64,000 nt of DNA from Aquificaceae bacterium (GCA_037925075.1 JAXSNR010000002.1:128001-192000); one strand, 5' to 3'. Positions 41,950 to 55,298 are shown, numbered from the stretch's first letter. The notes: generated by a model from the letters alone, not told the origin. Numbers and translations are program-made.

Positions 41950-42918
41950 TCCTTCTTTCTCAAGCCCTTCCCTTATGGCGGTGATGAGTTTTTCCATGGC
42001 GGATTGATAACTTTTGGCCCTTATCTTACATCCTGACGCATACTTATGACCTCCACCGCCAAGACTTTCTGCTATCTTTGACACGTCCGCATGGCCCTTA
42101 GACCTAAGAGATACCTTCCAGACCTCCTCATCGGGTTTTTCTATGATGGCAAAGGCTACCTCTACACCTTCAATGGACCTTGGGTAGTTTACAAGCCCTT
42201 CACTGTCGGAATATTCACAGCCCGTCTCTTTGAAGAAACTGTCAAATATGGTTATACCCGCAACAAGCCCATCTTCATAAAGGGACAGAGTATCAAGCAC
42301 CTTTGATATCAACTTCATCTTGTTTAGACTTTCTCTCTCTGCAAAGTTTACATAAGTCCAGTGAGGCTTAGCTCCCAACTCTACAAGCTCCTTCGCAAGC
42401 TGGAAGCTTTCTACGGTTGTGTTGGAATACTTAAAAAAGCCTGTGTCTGTGGCGAGTCCAGCGTATAGGTTTTCCGCTATATCCTTGTCTATGGCGGACC
42501 TGTCCCACACACAAAGAAGCCTGTATATAAGGGCAGTTGTAGAGGGGGCGTCTGGGTCTATGTAGTCATATTCTCCATAGAACTCTCCACCCAAGTGATG
42601 GTCTATTCTGGCTCTTTTGATAGCCTTTACTTCCGCGTTTACCCTATAAAAACCGCTGGCATCGACCACTATGGCAAGACTGAAAACCTCATCAACGGGC
42701 AGTTTAACCATCTCTTCAGAGCCCGGTAAAAAGTCAAGGAAATGGGGCACCTTGTCTTTGCATCCCACTACCACCCTCTTGCCCTTTTTCTTGAGGAAAA
42801 GATACAGAGCAAGGGCACTTCCCAAGGTATCTGCATCTGGGTTCTCATGACTGGCTATGAGTATGGAGCCTTCTTCTCTTTTTAGAAGCTCTATAAGGGG
42901 TATGCTCTGCTCCAGCAT
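41917..42918 (-). CDS. nrnA: DHH/DHHA1 phosphoesterase (NrnA-like oligoribonuclease/pAp phosphatase)
   Basis: HENPDAD, IDHH, TDTG.F, SLRS, GGGH..ASG. Confidence 0.88.
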   Translation of the reverse strand: MLEQSIPLIELLKREEGSILIASHENPDADTLGSALALYLFLKKKGKRVVVGCKDKVPHFLDFLPGSEEMVKLPVDEVFSLAIVVDASGFYRVNAEVKAIKRARIDHHLGGEFYGEYDYIDPDAPSTTALIYRLLCVWDRSAIDKDIAENLYAGLATDTGFFKYSNTTVESFQLAKELVELGAKPHWTYVNFAERESLNKMKLISKVLDTLSLYEDGLVAGITIFDSFFKETGCEYSDSEGLVNYPRSIEGVEVAFAIIEKPDEEVWKVSLRSKGHADVSKIAESLGGGGHKYASGCKIRAKSYQSAMEKLITAIREGLEKEGLIKHAVSHKA

Positions 42919-42940
42919 GGTTGCCCTCCTGTGTTAAAGT

Positions 42941-45700
42941 TTATACCTCCTGAAGCACTCCTGCACACCTTTTGCAAACCTCTCCTTGAAATTCTCTCTC
43001 AGGGTAATAGAGCCAGCATCTGGGACACTTTTTCCCCTCCACACGGGACACACCTATAATAACACCCCTTACCGATTCGCCTTGTATCACATACTGACCA
43101 CCCTCTGAAAAGCTGACCCCACTCACAGTGAAGAAGTACTTTAGGTAGTCCTCATACCTTCTTGCCACCTGTAAGCCTTCCCCCCACAGAAACACCTGGG
43201 CTTCATAAGGGTGATTTATCGCCTTTTCCCTTCTGGCTAATTCTATTGCCTTCATCACATCTTCTCTTAGGTCCATAAGGTGCTGGTAGTCTTTTAGAAG
43301 CTCTTCATCCATCATCTCCCTTCTGTACGGAGGTATTTGGTGCATAAAGACGCTTTCTGGAAGTTCTGGGTTTATCCTTCTCAGATGCTCCCAAGCCTCC
43401 TCCGCGGTAAAGCTAAGAATAGGTGCTATTGATGTGATAAGGGCTTCCGCTAAGGCATAGAGGGCTGTTTGGGCGGACCTTCTCTCCCAGCTGTTTGGGG
43501 CATAAACGTAGAGCCTGTCCTTTAGAACATCAAGGTAAAGGCTTGAAAGCTCCACGGAGCAGAAGTTTCTTATAAGATGGTAAACCCTATGAAAGGCGTA
43601 CTCTTGGTAGTGTCTGTGGACCTCCTGAAGGACCCCCTGAAGATAGGAAAGCATCCAACGGTCAAAGTGATGAAGGTCCTCGTAAGGCACCGCCTTTGAG
43701 GGCTCAAAGTCGTAGAGGTTTCCCAGTAGAAACCTTATGGTGTTTCTTATCTTCTTGTAGTCTTCCACAAGCCTTTGAAGGATACCCTTTCCAAGGCGTA
43801 CATCTTCCGTGTAGTCCTCGGAGGCGACCCAAAGCCTTAGTATGTCCGCACCGTACTGGTTTATTATCTCTTGGGGTGAGACCACATTTCCGAGGGACTT
43901 GGACATCTTCCTACCCTTTTCATCCACTGTAAAGCCGTGGGTGAGCACGGTCTTGTAGGGAGCTTCTCCGTAGCTGGCAATGGATTCAAGCAAAGACGCC
44001 TGAAACCATCCCCTATGCTGGTCTGAACCCTCAAGGTAGAGGTCTGCCTTTTGTATGCCTCTTTTCCTCAAAACATGTGCATGGGAAGAGCCAGAGTCAA
44101 ACCACACATCCAGAATGTCCTCTTCTTTGATAAACTCCTCTGAGCCACAGGCGGGGCATCTGTAGCCCTCTGGAAGCAATTCTTTTGGAGACTTTTCAAA
44201 CCAAAGGTCTGCACCCTTTGGCGACTCCTCTACCATCTTGGCAACCCTTTCAAAGACCTCCCAGTGGGAAACCACATGCCCACATTTTTTACAGTAAAAG
44301 ACCGTTATGGGCACTCCCCAAAACCTTTGGCGAGATATACACCAATCTGGCCTGCCTTCAAGCATGGACGCTATTCGGTTTTTCCCGTAGGGAGGTACCC
44401 ACTGGACCTTTTCTATTTCCTCAAGGCACCTTTCCCTGAGGCTTTTGCCCTCCACTTGACCCGACATGCTTATAAACCACTGTTGGGTTGCCCTGAATAT
44501 GACGGGGTTTTTACATCTCCAGCAGTGGGGGTAGGAGTGCCTGATTTTGCCCTCCCACAGCAAAAGCCCTCTGGACCTCAGGTCTTCCACTATGAGGGGG
44601 TTTGCTTCAAAAACCCTCTTGCCTCTTATAAACTCTGGTGCCTCTTGGGTGAACCTTCCCTCATCGTCAATGGGTGCAAAGGGTTCAAGCCCGTACCTTA
44701 TGCCTACAAGGTAATCTTCTCGTCCATGACCCGGTGCCATATGCACAAGACCCGTTCCCGTGGAAAGCTCCACAAATTCAGAGGGATAAACCTTGTTTAT
44801 CCTATTCCCGTAGGGAGCCATATATTCAAGGCCCACAAGTTTCGAGCCCCTGACCTCCCTTATCACCTGTCCCTCCATACCCGTAAAACCTTTGACCGAT
44901 TCCAAAAGGTCCTTTGCCAGCACATAGGTCTCCTCTCCAGACTTGAAGAAGAGGTACTGATAGTTCTCTCCTACCATAACGCCGAGGTTGGCGGGCAGGG
45001 TCCACGGAGTGGTGGTCCATATGAGCAGGTAGGTCTTTGGCTGGCCCTTCAGTGGAAGCTTTACATAAATGCTTGGGTCTTCTCTTTCTTGGTATTCCAC
45101 CTCCGCTTCAGCCTCTGCGGTCTTGTCGTATATGCACCAGTAGACGGGCTTTTTGCTTCTGACCGCCAAGCCCTTGCTGAAAACCCTCCCAAGCTCTCTC
45201 ACCTCCTGAGCCTGATAGAGGGGGTCCATGGTTATGTAAGGGTTTTCCCAGTCCGCAAGGACGCCAAGACGAATAAACTCCTCCTTCTGCACCCCTATGA
45301 ACCTCTCCGCATAGGACCTACAAAGCCTTCTAAACTCCACCTTGCCAAGCTGTTCCTTTGAGACCTTCTTTTCCTTGAGTTCCTTCTCCACCTGCTGTTC
45401 TATGGGAAGTCCATGACAGTCCCAGCCCGGCACAAAATCCACATCATAACCCGTCAGAAGCCTGTGCTTGACTATGATGTCCTTAAGGACCTTGTTAAGA
45501 GCATGCCCTATGTGAATGTGTCCGTTGGCATAGGGTGGTCCATCATGTAATACAAAGAGGGGTTTTCCTCTGTTTTTTTCTCTTAGCCTTTTGTAAAGCC
45601 CCTGCCACCTTTGAAGTATTTCAGGCTCCCTTTCGGGAAGGTTTGCCTTCATAGGGAAGTCCGTTTTTGGAAGGTTCAAGGTTTCCGCGTAGTTTCGCAT
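42941..45700 (-). CDS. ileS: Isoleucine--tRNA ligase (type 1)
   Basis: [18 protein letters not shown]-terminal CPRCW…C..C zinc site. Confidence 0.98.
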   Translation of the reverse strand: MRNYAETLNLPKTDFPMKANLPEREPEILQRWQGLYKRLREKNRGKPLFVLHDGPPYANGHIHIGHALNKVLKDIIVKHRLLTGYDVDFVPGWDCHGLPIEQQVEKELKEKKVSKEQLGKVEFRRLCRSYAERFIGVQKEEFIRLGVLADWENPYITMDPLYQAQEVRELGRVFSKGLAVRSKKPVYWCIYDKTAEAEAEVEYQEREDPSIYVKLPLKGQPKTYLLIWTTTPWTLPANLGVMVGENYQYLFFKSGEETYVLAKDLLESVKGFTGMEGQVIREVRGSKLVGLEYMAPYGNRINKVYPSEFVELSTGTGLVHMAPGHGREDYLVGIRYGLEPFAPIDDEGRFTQEAPEFIRGKRVFEANPLIVEDLRSRGLLLWEGKIRHSYPHCWRCKNPVIFRATQQWFISMSGQVEGKSLRERCLEEIEKVQWVPPYGKNRIASMLEGRPDWCISRQRFWGVPITVFYCKKCGHVVSHWEVFERVAKMVEESPKGADLWFEKSPKELLPEGYRCPACGSEEFIKEEDILDVWFDSGSSHAHVLRKRGIQKADLYLEGSDQHRGWFQASLLESIASYGEAPYKTVLTHGFTVDEKGRKMSKSLGNVVSPQEIINQYGADILRLWVASEDYTEDVRLGKGILQRLVEDYKKIRNTIRFLLGNLYDFEPSKAVPYEDLHHFDRWMLSYLQGVLQEVHRHYQEYAFHRVYHLIRNFCSVELSSLYLDVLKDRLYVYAPNSWERRSAQTALYALAEALITSIAPILSFTAEEAWEHLRRINPELPESVFMHQIPPYRREMMDEELLKDYQHLMDLREDVMKAIELARREKAINHPYEAQVFLWGEGLQVARRYEDYLKYFFTVSGVSFSEGGQYVIQGESVRGVIIGVSRVEGKKCPRCWLYYPEREFQGEVCKRCAGVLQEV

Positions 45701-45721
45701 GAGGTCATATTATAATAGCCT

Positions 45722-47851
<2,130 letters not shown>

Positions 47852-47859
<8 letters not shown>

Positions 47860-49126
47860 CCTTATAGACTATCCTGCCCTCAAAGATGGTGTGAATCACT
47901 TTCCCTTTTAGTGTTTCATTCCATAGTGGTGTGTTTTTTGACTTGGAAAAGCTTGTCTCTTCGTTTAGCACCCATTCCTTCTCTGGGTCAAAAAGCACCA
48001 AGTTGGCCTTTGAGCCTTCTCTTAGGCTTCCACAATCCTCAAGGTTAAGTATCTTTGCAGGCTTGCAAGCCATAAGCTCCACCATCTTTGAAAGGCTTAT
48101 ATGACCCTCTCTTACCAACTGAAGCATCAAGGGTAAAGCGGTTTGCAAACCTATCATACCGGGCATAGCCTTCTCTATCTGTCCCTTTTCCCAAGGTGCG
48201 TGGGGTGCGTGGTCTGTTGCCACGCAGTCTATGGTGCCATCCTTGAGAGCCTCCAAGAGAGCCCGGCGGTGTTTTTCATCCCTGAGCGGTGGGTTTACCT
48301 TTGCGTTAGAGTAGGACCTTAAAAGCTCTTCTTCTGTGAATATAAGATGATAGGGGTTTGCCTCACAGGTGATTTTTGCTCCCTTTTCTTTGAAAAACCT
48401 TATGATTTCTACGCTTAAGCTACTGCTAAGGTGCTGTATGTGGACGTGTCCGCCCGTGTGATAAGAGAGTATGCAGTCCCTTGCCACCAATAGGTCTTCC
48501 GCACTTGCGGGTCTTGATGTTATACCAAGCAAGGAGCTAACGTAGCCTTCGTTTATGTGTCCATGAGCAAGCCTGTCATCCTCGCAGTGGTTCATCACAA
48601 AAGACCCAAGCTGAGAGGTCAGCTTTAGAGCCTTTTCCATAAGCCTTGAGTCCATAAGGGGAGAGCCATCGTCGGTAAAGGCGACGCATCCTGCCCTTTT
48701 CAAGGCGTAAAAATCCACAAGCTCCTGACCCTTTCTTCCCTTCGTTATTGCTCCCGTAGGAAGCACCTTACAGAGCCCAATATCTTCCGCCTTACGAATT
48801 ACATACTGAGCCACTTCCGGTGAGTCTATGGCTGGCTTTGTGTTAGGCATGCAAACAAGGGCGGTAAAGCCCCCAGCGACCGCACATTTCATGCCCGTGT
48901 GTAGGTCTTCCTTATGCTCTTGTCCTGGGTCTCTCAAATGCACATGAAGGTCCACAAAAGAAGGACAAGCCACAAGCCCAGAGCCTTCTATAATCTGAGC
49001 TTCAAGCTCAAAAAGTTCATCCCCTATAGCCTTTATCCTTCCCTTTTCTATGAGAACATCCTTTGTGCTGTCAAGGTTCTGTGATGGGTCTATGAGCCTG
49101 ACCTTCTTTATGAGAATCTTGGACAT
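47852..49126 (-). CDS. pyrC: Dihydroorotase
   Basis: DLHVHLRDPG, MPNT, KVNPPLR, ATDHAPH. Confidence 0.95.
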
Positions 49127-50264
49127 TGCATAAATTATAAACTACCTCTTTCAGAGCCCTGTAAGGGTTTTTCTCCTCCGTTTCCCACACAAAGACGCCC
49201 CCTTGACTTAGAATTCCCTTCGCCTTAGAAGATTCAGGATGATGCCCGCATACAACCACACACAAACCTTTACTTTTTATAAGTTCAGACAGAAGTGTCT
49301 CGTCCTCTGGAAGCCTTCTTATCCTTTCTGGAGAGCTACCAAAGATGAGAAGTTCCCTTGCCTTGTTAAACCTCTGGCTTATGGTTCCCTCCTCATCCAC
49401 AAGCACGCCAATTTTTAATTCCTCCCCATCCATAGGCTCGTAGTGTATAAAGACCATATCCAGTTCCTTTATCTCTTCCTTTAGCCTTTCTTCTATGCTA
49501 TCAACGAGCTGATGGATTTTTATAAAATCTCTTCCTTCTATAGCAAGCACAAGGTCCGCAAAAAGCCTACCACCAGAGCTTCTAACAAACAGACCCTTTA
49601 TCTCTTTTACCTCTGGGAAGGAAAGGAGCACATGCCTTATTCTTTCAAGGGTCTTTTCGTCCACAGACACATCCAAAAGCACAGAGACCTCTTTCCAGAG
49701 TATGCCAAGGGCGGTATAACCTATAAGTAAGGCGACACCAGAGGCAAAATATCTGTCCCACTGATAACCCATATAAACGCTCAAAAGGCTTATCAGAACT
49801 AAAGAAGAGCCAAAGGCGTCGGTAAGCGTATGGTAAGAGTCTGCTACAAGGGTAGGAGAATTCAGCCTTTTGCCTGCCCTCCTTTCAAGAAAAGAAAGCA
49901 ACAAGGAGCTAAAAAGGGAAAAGACCACCACACCAAGACCAAGCCCAAGATACTCCTCTTTTATGACCACCTCCTCTCCTATTGCCCTCCTAACCATCTC
50001 GTAGGCGGTCAGAAGCAAAAAGAAGGCTATAACTATGGAGCCCATGTTTTCAAGTCTGTATAGACCGTAGGGAAACCTTTTAGTTTTTTTGTCAGAAAGC
50101 TTTATGGTTATGAAGGCTACCACAGAGGCGAAGGAGTCAGAAAGAGAATGAACCGCCTCCCCCATCATGGAAAGGCTTCCCGTCAAAAGCCCGGCGACAA
50201 ACTTCAAAAGTGCCTGAAGTAGGTTTATGGATAGTGAGATAAGAGCCCAGTGGTGCTTTTTCAT
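49071..50264 (-). CDS. Cation diffusion facilitator with extra C-terminal domain
   Basis: HSLSD, FPYG..R.E, HTLTD, ZT-dimer 'IHYEP', then a ~120 aa extension. Confidence 0.9.
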   Translation of the reverse strand: MKKHHWALISLSINLLQALLKFVAGLLTGSLSMMGEAVHSLSDSFASVVAFITIKLSDKKTKRFPYGLYRLENMGSIVIAFFLLLTAYEMVRRAIGEEVVIKEEYLGLGLGVVVFSLFSSLLLSFLERRAGKRLNSPTLVADSYHTLTDAFGSSLVLISLLSVYMGYQWDRYFASGVALLIGYTALGILWKEVSVLLDVSVDEKTLERIRHVLLSFPEVKEIKGLFVRSSGGRLFADLVLAIEGRDFIKIHQLVDSIEERLKEEIKELDMVFIHYEPMDGEELKIGVLVDEEGTISQRFNKARELLIFGSSPERIRRLPEDETLLSELIKSKGLCVVVCGHHPESSKAKGILSQGGVFVWETEEKNPYRALKEVVYNLCNVQDSHKEGQAHRPITEP

Positions 50265-51214
50265 CGGTTAAAGGGAGATTTACAACCTTGATAACTACCG
50301 CGTCTTATAAGCTCTTCCTCTATAGCTTTTATGACCTCTTGCTTTCTGGCGTAGGTGCAATAATCTGGTGCTATAAGCCTTTCTGGTTCTACCTCGCCCG
50401 TTAACCTGTGTATAACCATCTGAGGTGGTAAGATTTCTATTATATCCGCCGCCCTTTCCGCGTACTCCTGAAGAGAAAGCACCTCAAACTCCCCTCTAAG
50501 GTACTGCTCAGCCATCTTTGTGTTTTTTATGATATGCAAAGGGTGTATCTTTATGCCATCCACTGGAAGGCTCGCTACAAGCTTGCCCGTTTCTAACATG
50601 TCCTCTTTGTCTTCGTAGGGCAGCCCAAGGATTATGTGGGCACAGACCTTTAGGTTTCTTCTCTTTGTCCTTAGCACCGCATCCACAAAGTCAGATATTC
50701 CATGAGCCCTGTTTATAAACCTAAGGGTTCTAAAGTTGGCGCTTTGAAGCCCATACTCCACCCACACTTCAAGCCCTCTTTTGGAATAGCCTTCAAGAAG
50801 CTCAAGGGCCCATTCGGGAGCACAGTCAGGCCTTGTGCCCACATCTATGCCTACCACTTCCTCAAACTCAAGGGCTGTGTCGTAGATGGATTTAAGGTAT
50901 TGGTAGTCTCCATAGGTGTTGGAGTAGGACTGATAGTAGATGAAAAAGTATAGCCTTTCTCCGTAGCGGTTCTTTGCCCTTCTTATACCTTCTTCTATCT
51001 GCTGACGCAAGGGCACATGAGGTTCAAGGTGTGCAGGCCTTGTACCAGAAAAGCAATAAGTACATCCACCCCTTGCCTTTGTGCCATCTATGTTGGGACA
51101 GGTAAAGGGTAGTGCCACGGTGATTTTTTGCACGCGCCTGCCGTACTTTTCCTTGAGATAATCTTTGAGAGAATGATATAGCCCAACTGTAGCTGTTGCT
51201 TGTATGTCATTCAT
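50261..51214 (-). CDS. TIGR01212/YhcC-family radical SAM protein
   Basis: TCPNIDG…GGCTYC, YQSYSNTY, GTRPD, INRAH, HRLTG. Confidence 0.9.
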   Translation of the reverse strand: MNDIQATATVGLYHSLKDYLKEKYGRRVQKITVALPFTCPNIDGTKARGGCTYCFSGTRPAHLEPHVPLRQQIEEGIRRAKNRYGERLYFFIYYQSYSNTYGDYQYLKSIYDTALEFEEVVGIDVGTRPDCAPEWALELLEGYSKRGLEVWVEYGLQSANFRTLRFINRAHGISDFVDAVLRTKRRNLKVCAHIILGLPYEDKEDMLETGKLVASLPVDGIKIHPLHIIKNTKMAEQYLRGEFEVLSLQEYAERAADIIEILPPQMVIHRLTGEVEPERLIAPDYCTYARKQEVIKAIEEELIRRGSYQGCKSPFNR

Positions 51215-51265
51215 GGGATAAATTATAGTCCTGTCTCCATAGTTTGTGTTATACTAATTTCCTTA

Positions 51266-51338
51266 AGGCGCGTAGCTCAGTTGGCAGAGCGCTGGCCCGA
51301 CACGCCAGAGGTCGGCGGTTCAAGTCCGCCCGCGCCTA
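51266..51338 (+). tRNA. tRNA-Val(GAC)
   Basis: AGGCGCG/CGCGCCT acceptor stem; CTGGC-CC GAC AC-GCCAG anticodon arm; GGTTCAAG T-arm; no encoded CCA. Confidence 0.93.
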
Positions 51339-51345
51339 TTTTGCC

Positions 51346-51374
51346 TTGACTGTAAGCCACAAAGGTTGTATGAT
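51346..51374 (+). promoter_or_regulatory. Sigma70-type promoter of the tRNA-tuf operon
   Basis: TTGACT (51346-51351), 17 bp spacer, TATGAT (51369-51374); overlapping TATAAT at 51374-51379. Confidence 0.75.
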
Positions 51375-51390
51375 ATAATATTGCCTTTGA

Positions 51391-51462
51391 GCTGGCGTAG
51401 CTCAGTGGCAGAGCGCGGGATTTGTAATCCCGCGGGCGTGGGTTCGACCCCCACCGCCAGCT
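51391..51462 (+). tRNA. tRNA-Thr(TGT)
   Basis: GCTGGCG/CGCCAGC acceptor stem; CGGGA-TT TGT AA-TCCCG. Confidence 0.95.
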
Positions 51463-51469
51463 TTGAATA

Positions 51470-51556
51470 GGAGGGGTGGCCGAGCGGCCAAAGGCAGGGG
51501 ACTGTAAATCCCCCGGGCTCCGCCCTACGCAGGTTCGAATCCTGCCCCCTCCACCA
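51470..51556 (+). tRNA. tRNA-Tyr(GTA)
   Basis: GGAGGGG/CCCCTCC acceptor stem; GGGGA-CT GTA AA-TCCCC; long variable arm; encoded CCA. Confidence 0.96.
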
Positions 51557-51628
51557 GCGGGCGTAGCTCAGTGGTAGAGCAGCTGCCTTCCAAGCAGCAG
51601 GCCGTGGGTTCGAGTCCCATCGCCCGCT
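51557..51628 (+). tRNA. tRNA-Gly(TCC)
   Basis: GCGGGCG/CGCCCGC acceptor stem; GCTGC-CT TCC AA-GCAGC. Confidence 0.95.
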
Positions 51629-51644
51629 TTTTAGTAAAAACTTT

Positions 51645-51717
51645 GCCCAGGTAGCTCAGTAGGCAGAGCACACCCTTGGTAAGGGTGAGGTCGCCGGTTC
51701 AAGTCCGGTCCTGGGCT
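51645..51717 (+). tRNA. tRNA-Thr(GGT)
   Basis: GCCCAGG/CCTGGGC acceptor stem; CACCC-TT GGT AA-GGGTG. Confidence 0.95.
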
Positions 51718-51733
51718 TACAAGGAGGTAAAAA

Positions 51734-52951
51734 ATGGCAAAGGAGAAGTTTGTAAGAGAGAAGGAGCACGTTAACGTAGGCACCATAGGGCACGTGGACC
51801 ATGGCAAGTCCACACTGACCTCTGCCATAACATGCGTGCTAGCTGCGGGAGTGATGCAAGGCGGAAAAGCCAAGTGCATGAGGTACGAAGAGATAGACAA
51901 GGCACCAGAAGAAAAGGAAAGGGGCATAACCATAAACATCACACACGTAGAATACGAAACACCGAAGAGGCACTACGCACACGTAGACTGTCCAGGACAC
52001 GCGGACTACATAAAGAACATGATAACAGGCGCAGCACAGATGGACGGAGCCATACTGGTAGTATCCGCAGCAGACGGACCCATGCCACAGACCAGGGAGC
52101 ACGTACTTTTAGCAAGGCAAGTGAACGTACCCTACATAGTGGTGTTTATGAACAAATGCGACATGGTAGATGATCCAGAGCTGTTGGACCTTGTGGAGCT
52201 TGAAGTAAGAGAACTACTATCCAAGTATGAATTTCCTGGGGATGAAGTACCAGTGATAAGGGGGTCAGCCCTTGGGGCATTACAGGAGTTGGACGCAGGC
52301 AAACCGGACAAGTGGAGCAAGGCAGTAGTAGAACTAATGGAAGCCCTAGATCAGTACATACCCACACCACAGAGGGAAGCAGACAAACCATTCTTGATGC
52401 CCATAGAGGACGTATTCACCATATCTGGGCGTGGAACAGTAGTAACAGGGAGAGTAGAGAGAGGAGTTTTAAAGCCTGGAGAGGAAGTGGAGATAGTAGG
52501 GCTAAAGGAAGAGCCACTCAAGACAGTAGCCACATCCATAGAGATGTTCAGGAAGATATTGGACGAGGCACTACCTGGGGACAACGTAGGAGTATTGCTC
52601 AGGGGAGTAGGCAAGGACGATGTAGAGAGGGGGCAAGTGTTGGCGAAGCCTGGGAGCGTGAAGCCCCACAAGAAGTTCAGGGCACAGGTGTATGTATTAA
52701 GCAAAGAAGAAGGGGGTAGGCACACACCCTTTTTTGTGAGCTACAGGCCACAGTTTTACTTTAGGACAGCGGACGTGACGGGGACAGTGGTGAAGTTGCC
52801 AGAGGGTCAGGAGATGGTGATGCCTGGTGACAATGTGGAGATAGAGGTGGAGCTAATCAAGCCGGTGGCTATGGAGGAACAGCTTAGGTTTGCCATAAGG
52901 GAAGGTGGAAGGACTGTAGGTGCCGGTGTGGTCACAAAAATCCTTGAGTGA
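51734..52951 (+). CDS. tuf: Elongation factor Tu
   Basis: [31 protein letters not shown]. Confidence 0.99.
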   Translation: MAKEKFVREKEHVNVGTIGHVDHGKSTLTSAITCVLAAGVMQGGKAKCMRYEEIDKAPEEKERGITINITHVEYETPKRHYAHVDCPGHADYIKNMITGAAQMDGAILVVSAADGPMPQTREHVLLARQVNVPYIVVFMNKCDMVDDPELLDLVELEVRELLSKYEFPGDEVPVIRGSALGALQELDAGKPDKWSKAVVELMEALDQYIPTPQREADKPFLMPIEDVFTISGRGTVVTGRVERGVLKPGEEVEIVGLKEEPLKTVATSIEMFRKILDEALPGDNVGVLLRGVGKDDVERGQVLAKPGSVKPHKKFRAQVYVLSKEEGGRHTPFFVSYRPQFYFRTADVTGTVVKLPEGQEMVMPGDNVEIEVELIKPVAMEEQLRFAIREGGRTVGAGVVTKILE

Positions 52952-52961
52952 GGTATGAAAG

Positions 52962-53120
52962 ATGGCGGCGGTAAGAGAAATAGTAGTTCTTGCATGTACC
53001 GAGTGCAAAAGGAGAAACTATTCCACAACAAAGAACAAGCAGAAGCACCCCCAGAGGATGGAGATCAAAAAGTACTGCAAGTGGTGTAAAAAGCATACAC
53101 TTCACAGAGAGGTAAAATAG
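52962..53120 (+). CDS. rpmG: 50S ribosomal protein L33, zinc-binding (C+) form; absent from the ORF track
   Basis: Manual translation [52 protein letters not shown]. Confidence 0.96.
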   Translation: MAAVREIVVLACTECKRRNYSTTKNKQKHPQRMEIKKYCKWCKKHTLHREVK

Positions 53121-53192
53121 GGGCGCTAGCTCAATTGGCAGAGCGCGGGACTCCAAATCCCGCGGTTGGGGGTTCGAGTCCTCCGCGCCCCG
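53120..53192 (+). tRNA. tRNA-Trp(CCA)
   Basis: GGGGCGC/GCGCCCC acceptor stem, G discriminator; CGGGA-CT CCA AA-TCCCG. Confidence 0.95.
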
Positions 53193-53203
53193 CAGGATGG
53201 AAG

Positions 53204-53395
53204 ATGGAAAGGCTTAAGGATTTTATAAAGAGCGTAAGGAAGGAGCTTGATAAGGTCTCTTGGCCACAGAAAAATTTGGTCATAAAAGCCACCATTAGTG
53301 TTATAATATTTTCTTTGTTTTTCGGTATAAGCCTGTGGGTCTTTGACCTGGCCTTTACAAGGCTTATACACCTTTTGCTTTCTTTGAGGGGCTAA
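53204..53395 (+). CDS. secE: Preprotein translocase subunit SecE
   Basis: [21 protein letters not shown] plus one TM; lies between tRNA-Trp and nusG. Confidence 0.93.
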   Translation: MERLKDFIKSVRKELDKVSWPQKNLVIKATISVIIFSLFFGISLWVFDLAFTRLIHLLLSLRG

Positions 53396-53397
53396 GG

Positions 53398-54123
53398 ATG
53401 GAAGAGTTTAAGTGGTATGCGTTGCAGGTAGAGGCGGGCAAAGAGGCTACCGCAAGGGAGAACCTGCTTAAGGTACTTGAGCTTGAGGGACTGCTTGGAC
53501 AAGTGGAAGATGTTATAGTGCCCGCGGAGGAAAAGGTGGTCATAAAGACCATGGGCAAGGAAAAGTACAGACTGTCCTTACGTGGCAACAACAGGGACAT
53601 AAGCGTGCTCGGCAAAAAGGGCGTTACCACTTTTAGGATAGAAAACGGAGAGGTAAAAGTTGTAGAAAGCGTGGAGGGTGATGTATGTGTAGAAGCACCA
53701 CCCATATCAAAGCCCGGTCAGAAGATAACCTGTAAGGAAAACAAAACCGAGGCTAAGGTCATTCTTGAATCAAAGATGTTTCCCGGATACCTTCTTATAA
53801 AGGCTGTTATGAACGATGCACTTATGCGTGCCATAGAAAAAACTCCACACGTCTATAAACCCGTTTTGGTAGGAGGAAGGGTAGCTCCCCTTGATGAAAA
53901 GGAAGTGGAGAGGATAATAGCTTTTGTGAAAAAGGGTGTTAAGCCATTGAGAGTGCTCTTTGAGAAGGGTGATCAAGTAAGGGTAATAGAAGGTCCCTTT
54001 ATGAACTTTACGGGCACTGTGGAAGAGGTACACCCAGAAAAGGAAAAGGTGGTGGTTTTGGTAAGTATTTTTGGAAGGCTTACGCCCGTTGAATTAGACT
54101 ATTCTCAGGTGGAAAAGCTGTAG
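53398..54123 (+). CDS. nusG: Transcription factor NusG with inserted domain
   Basis: WYALQV..G.E, FPGY, KOW ([11 protein letters not shown]), [10 protein letters not shown]. Confidence 0.97.
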   Translation: MEEFKWYALQVEAGKEATARENLLKVLELEGLLGQVEDVIVPAEEKVVIKTMGKEKYRLSLRGNNRDISVLGKKGVTTFRIENGEVKVVESVEGDVCVEAPPISKPGQKITCKENKTEAKVILESKMFPGYLLIKAVMNDALMRAIEKTPHVYKPVLVGGRVAPLDEKEVERIIAFVKKGVKPLRVLFEKGDQVRVIEGPFMNFTGTVEEVHPEKEKVVVLVSIFGRLTPVELDYSQVEKL

Positions 54124-54133
54124 GAGGACAAAG

Positions 54134-54568
54134 ATGAAAAAGGTAACCGCAAAAGTTGAGCTTATGCTACCTGCCCAGCAGGCAACACCCGCACCGCCGG
54201 TGGGACCTGCTCTTGGTCAGCACGGCGTGAATATAATGGAGTTTGTTAAGCAGTTTAACGCCGCAAGCAAAGACTTTGAGCCTGGAACCGTTGTGCCTGT
54301 GGTCATAACCATCTACCAAGATAGGAGCTTTAGTTTTATACTCAAAACGCCCCCCGTATCTTACCTACTTAAGAAGGCGGCAAAGGTACAAAAGGGTTCC
54401 TCCGACCCCAAGAAGCAGAAAGCTGGTAAAGTGAGTCTTCAGCAAGTGGAAGAAATAGCAAAGATCAAGCTAAAAGATATGAACACAAAGGATTTAAAGG
54501 CTGCCATGAGGCAGGTGGTTGGAACCGCAAGAAGTATGGGCATAGAAGTAGAAGGATGGAAGGAGTAG
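54134..54568 (+). CDS. rplK: 50S ribosomal protein L11
   Basis: [25 protein letters not shown]. Confidence 0.98.
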   Translation: MKKVTAKVELMLPAQQATPAPPVGPALGQHGVNIMEFVKQFNAASKDFEPGTVVPVVITIYQDRSFSFILKTPPVSYLLKKAAKVQKGSSDPKKQKAGKVSLQQVEEIAKIKLKDMNTKDLKAAMRQVVGTARSMGIEVEGWKE

Positions 54569-54572
54569 AGCC

Positions 54573-55298
54573 ATGAAGAGAGGAAAGAAATATCAAAAGT
54601 GTCTTGAGCTTTACAATAGGAACGCCTTCTACACGGTGGAAGGTGCGGTAGAAATCCTAAAGAAGCTTCATGCAGGCTGTGGTCCCAAGTTTGACCAGAC
54701 TGTGGAGCTTGCAATGAGGCTTGGAGTTGACCCCAAGTATGCGGACCAGATGGTAAGGGGCTCTGTGGTGCTGCCTCATGGACTTGGTAGAGAGCTAAAG
54801 GTTTTGGTATTGGCGGAGGGTGAGTACCAAAAGGTGGCAAGGGAAGCGGGTGCGGACTATGTGGGTGGTGAAGACATAATAAACAAGATAGCCAAAGAGG
54901 AGTGGGTGGACTACGATGTGGTTATAGCTACCCCTGAGATAATGCCAAAGGTGGCAAGGCTTGGTAAGATCCTTGGTCCAAAAGGGCTTATGCCAAACCC
55001 AAAGACGGGCACAGTTACAACAAACCTAAGGCAGGCAATAGAAGAAGCCAAGAAGGGAAGAGTGGAGTTCAGAGTGGACAAAACAGGAAACCTTCACATG
55101 CCTGTGGGTAAGATATCCTTTGAGGAACAAAAGCTAATTCAAAACATATACACCGCCATAGATGCCGTGGTAAAGGCAAAGCCCTCTGGTGCAAAGGGCC
55201 AGTATGTAAGAGGAATAGCCCTTAGCCTTACCATGAGCCCCTCTGTAAAGCTGGATGTGTCTACAACCTTAAGAAGACTTCAAGAGCTTGTAGCATGA
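54573..55298 (+). CDS. rplA: 50S ribosomal protein L1
   Basis: [32 protein letters not shown]. Confidence 0.98.
   Translation: MKRGKKYQKCLELYNRNAFYTVEGAVEILKKLHAGCGPKFDQTVELAMRLGVDPKYADQMVRGSVVLPHGLGRELKVLVLAEGEYQKVAREAGADYVGGEDIINKIAKEEWVDYDVVIATPEIMPKVARLGKILGPKGLMPNPKTGTVTTNLRQAIEEAKKGRVEFRVDKTGNLHMPVGKISFEEQKLIQNIYTAIDAVVKAKPSGAKGQYVRGIALSLTMSPSVKLDVSTTLRRLQELVA

Noticed and set aside
44264..45361. 365 aa ORF antisense to ileS
   Set aside because: Entirely within ileS on the opposite strand, with no motifs or start signals; a typical shadow ORF
51734..52800. Distinct A-ending codon usage in tuf suggesting foreign origin
   Set aside because: Better explained by high-expression codon bias; the protein and gene context are native
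53135..53203. Extended SecE N-terminus from TTG 53135
   Set aside because: Lies inside tRNA-Trp; ATG 53204 gives a normal SecE
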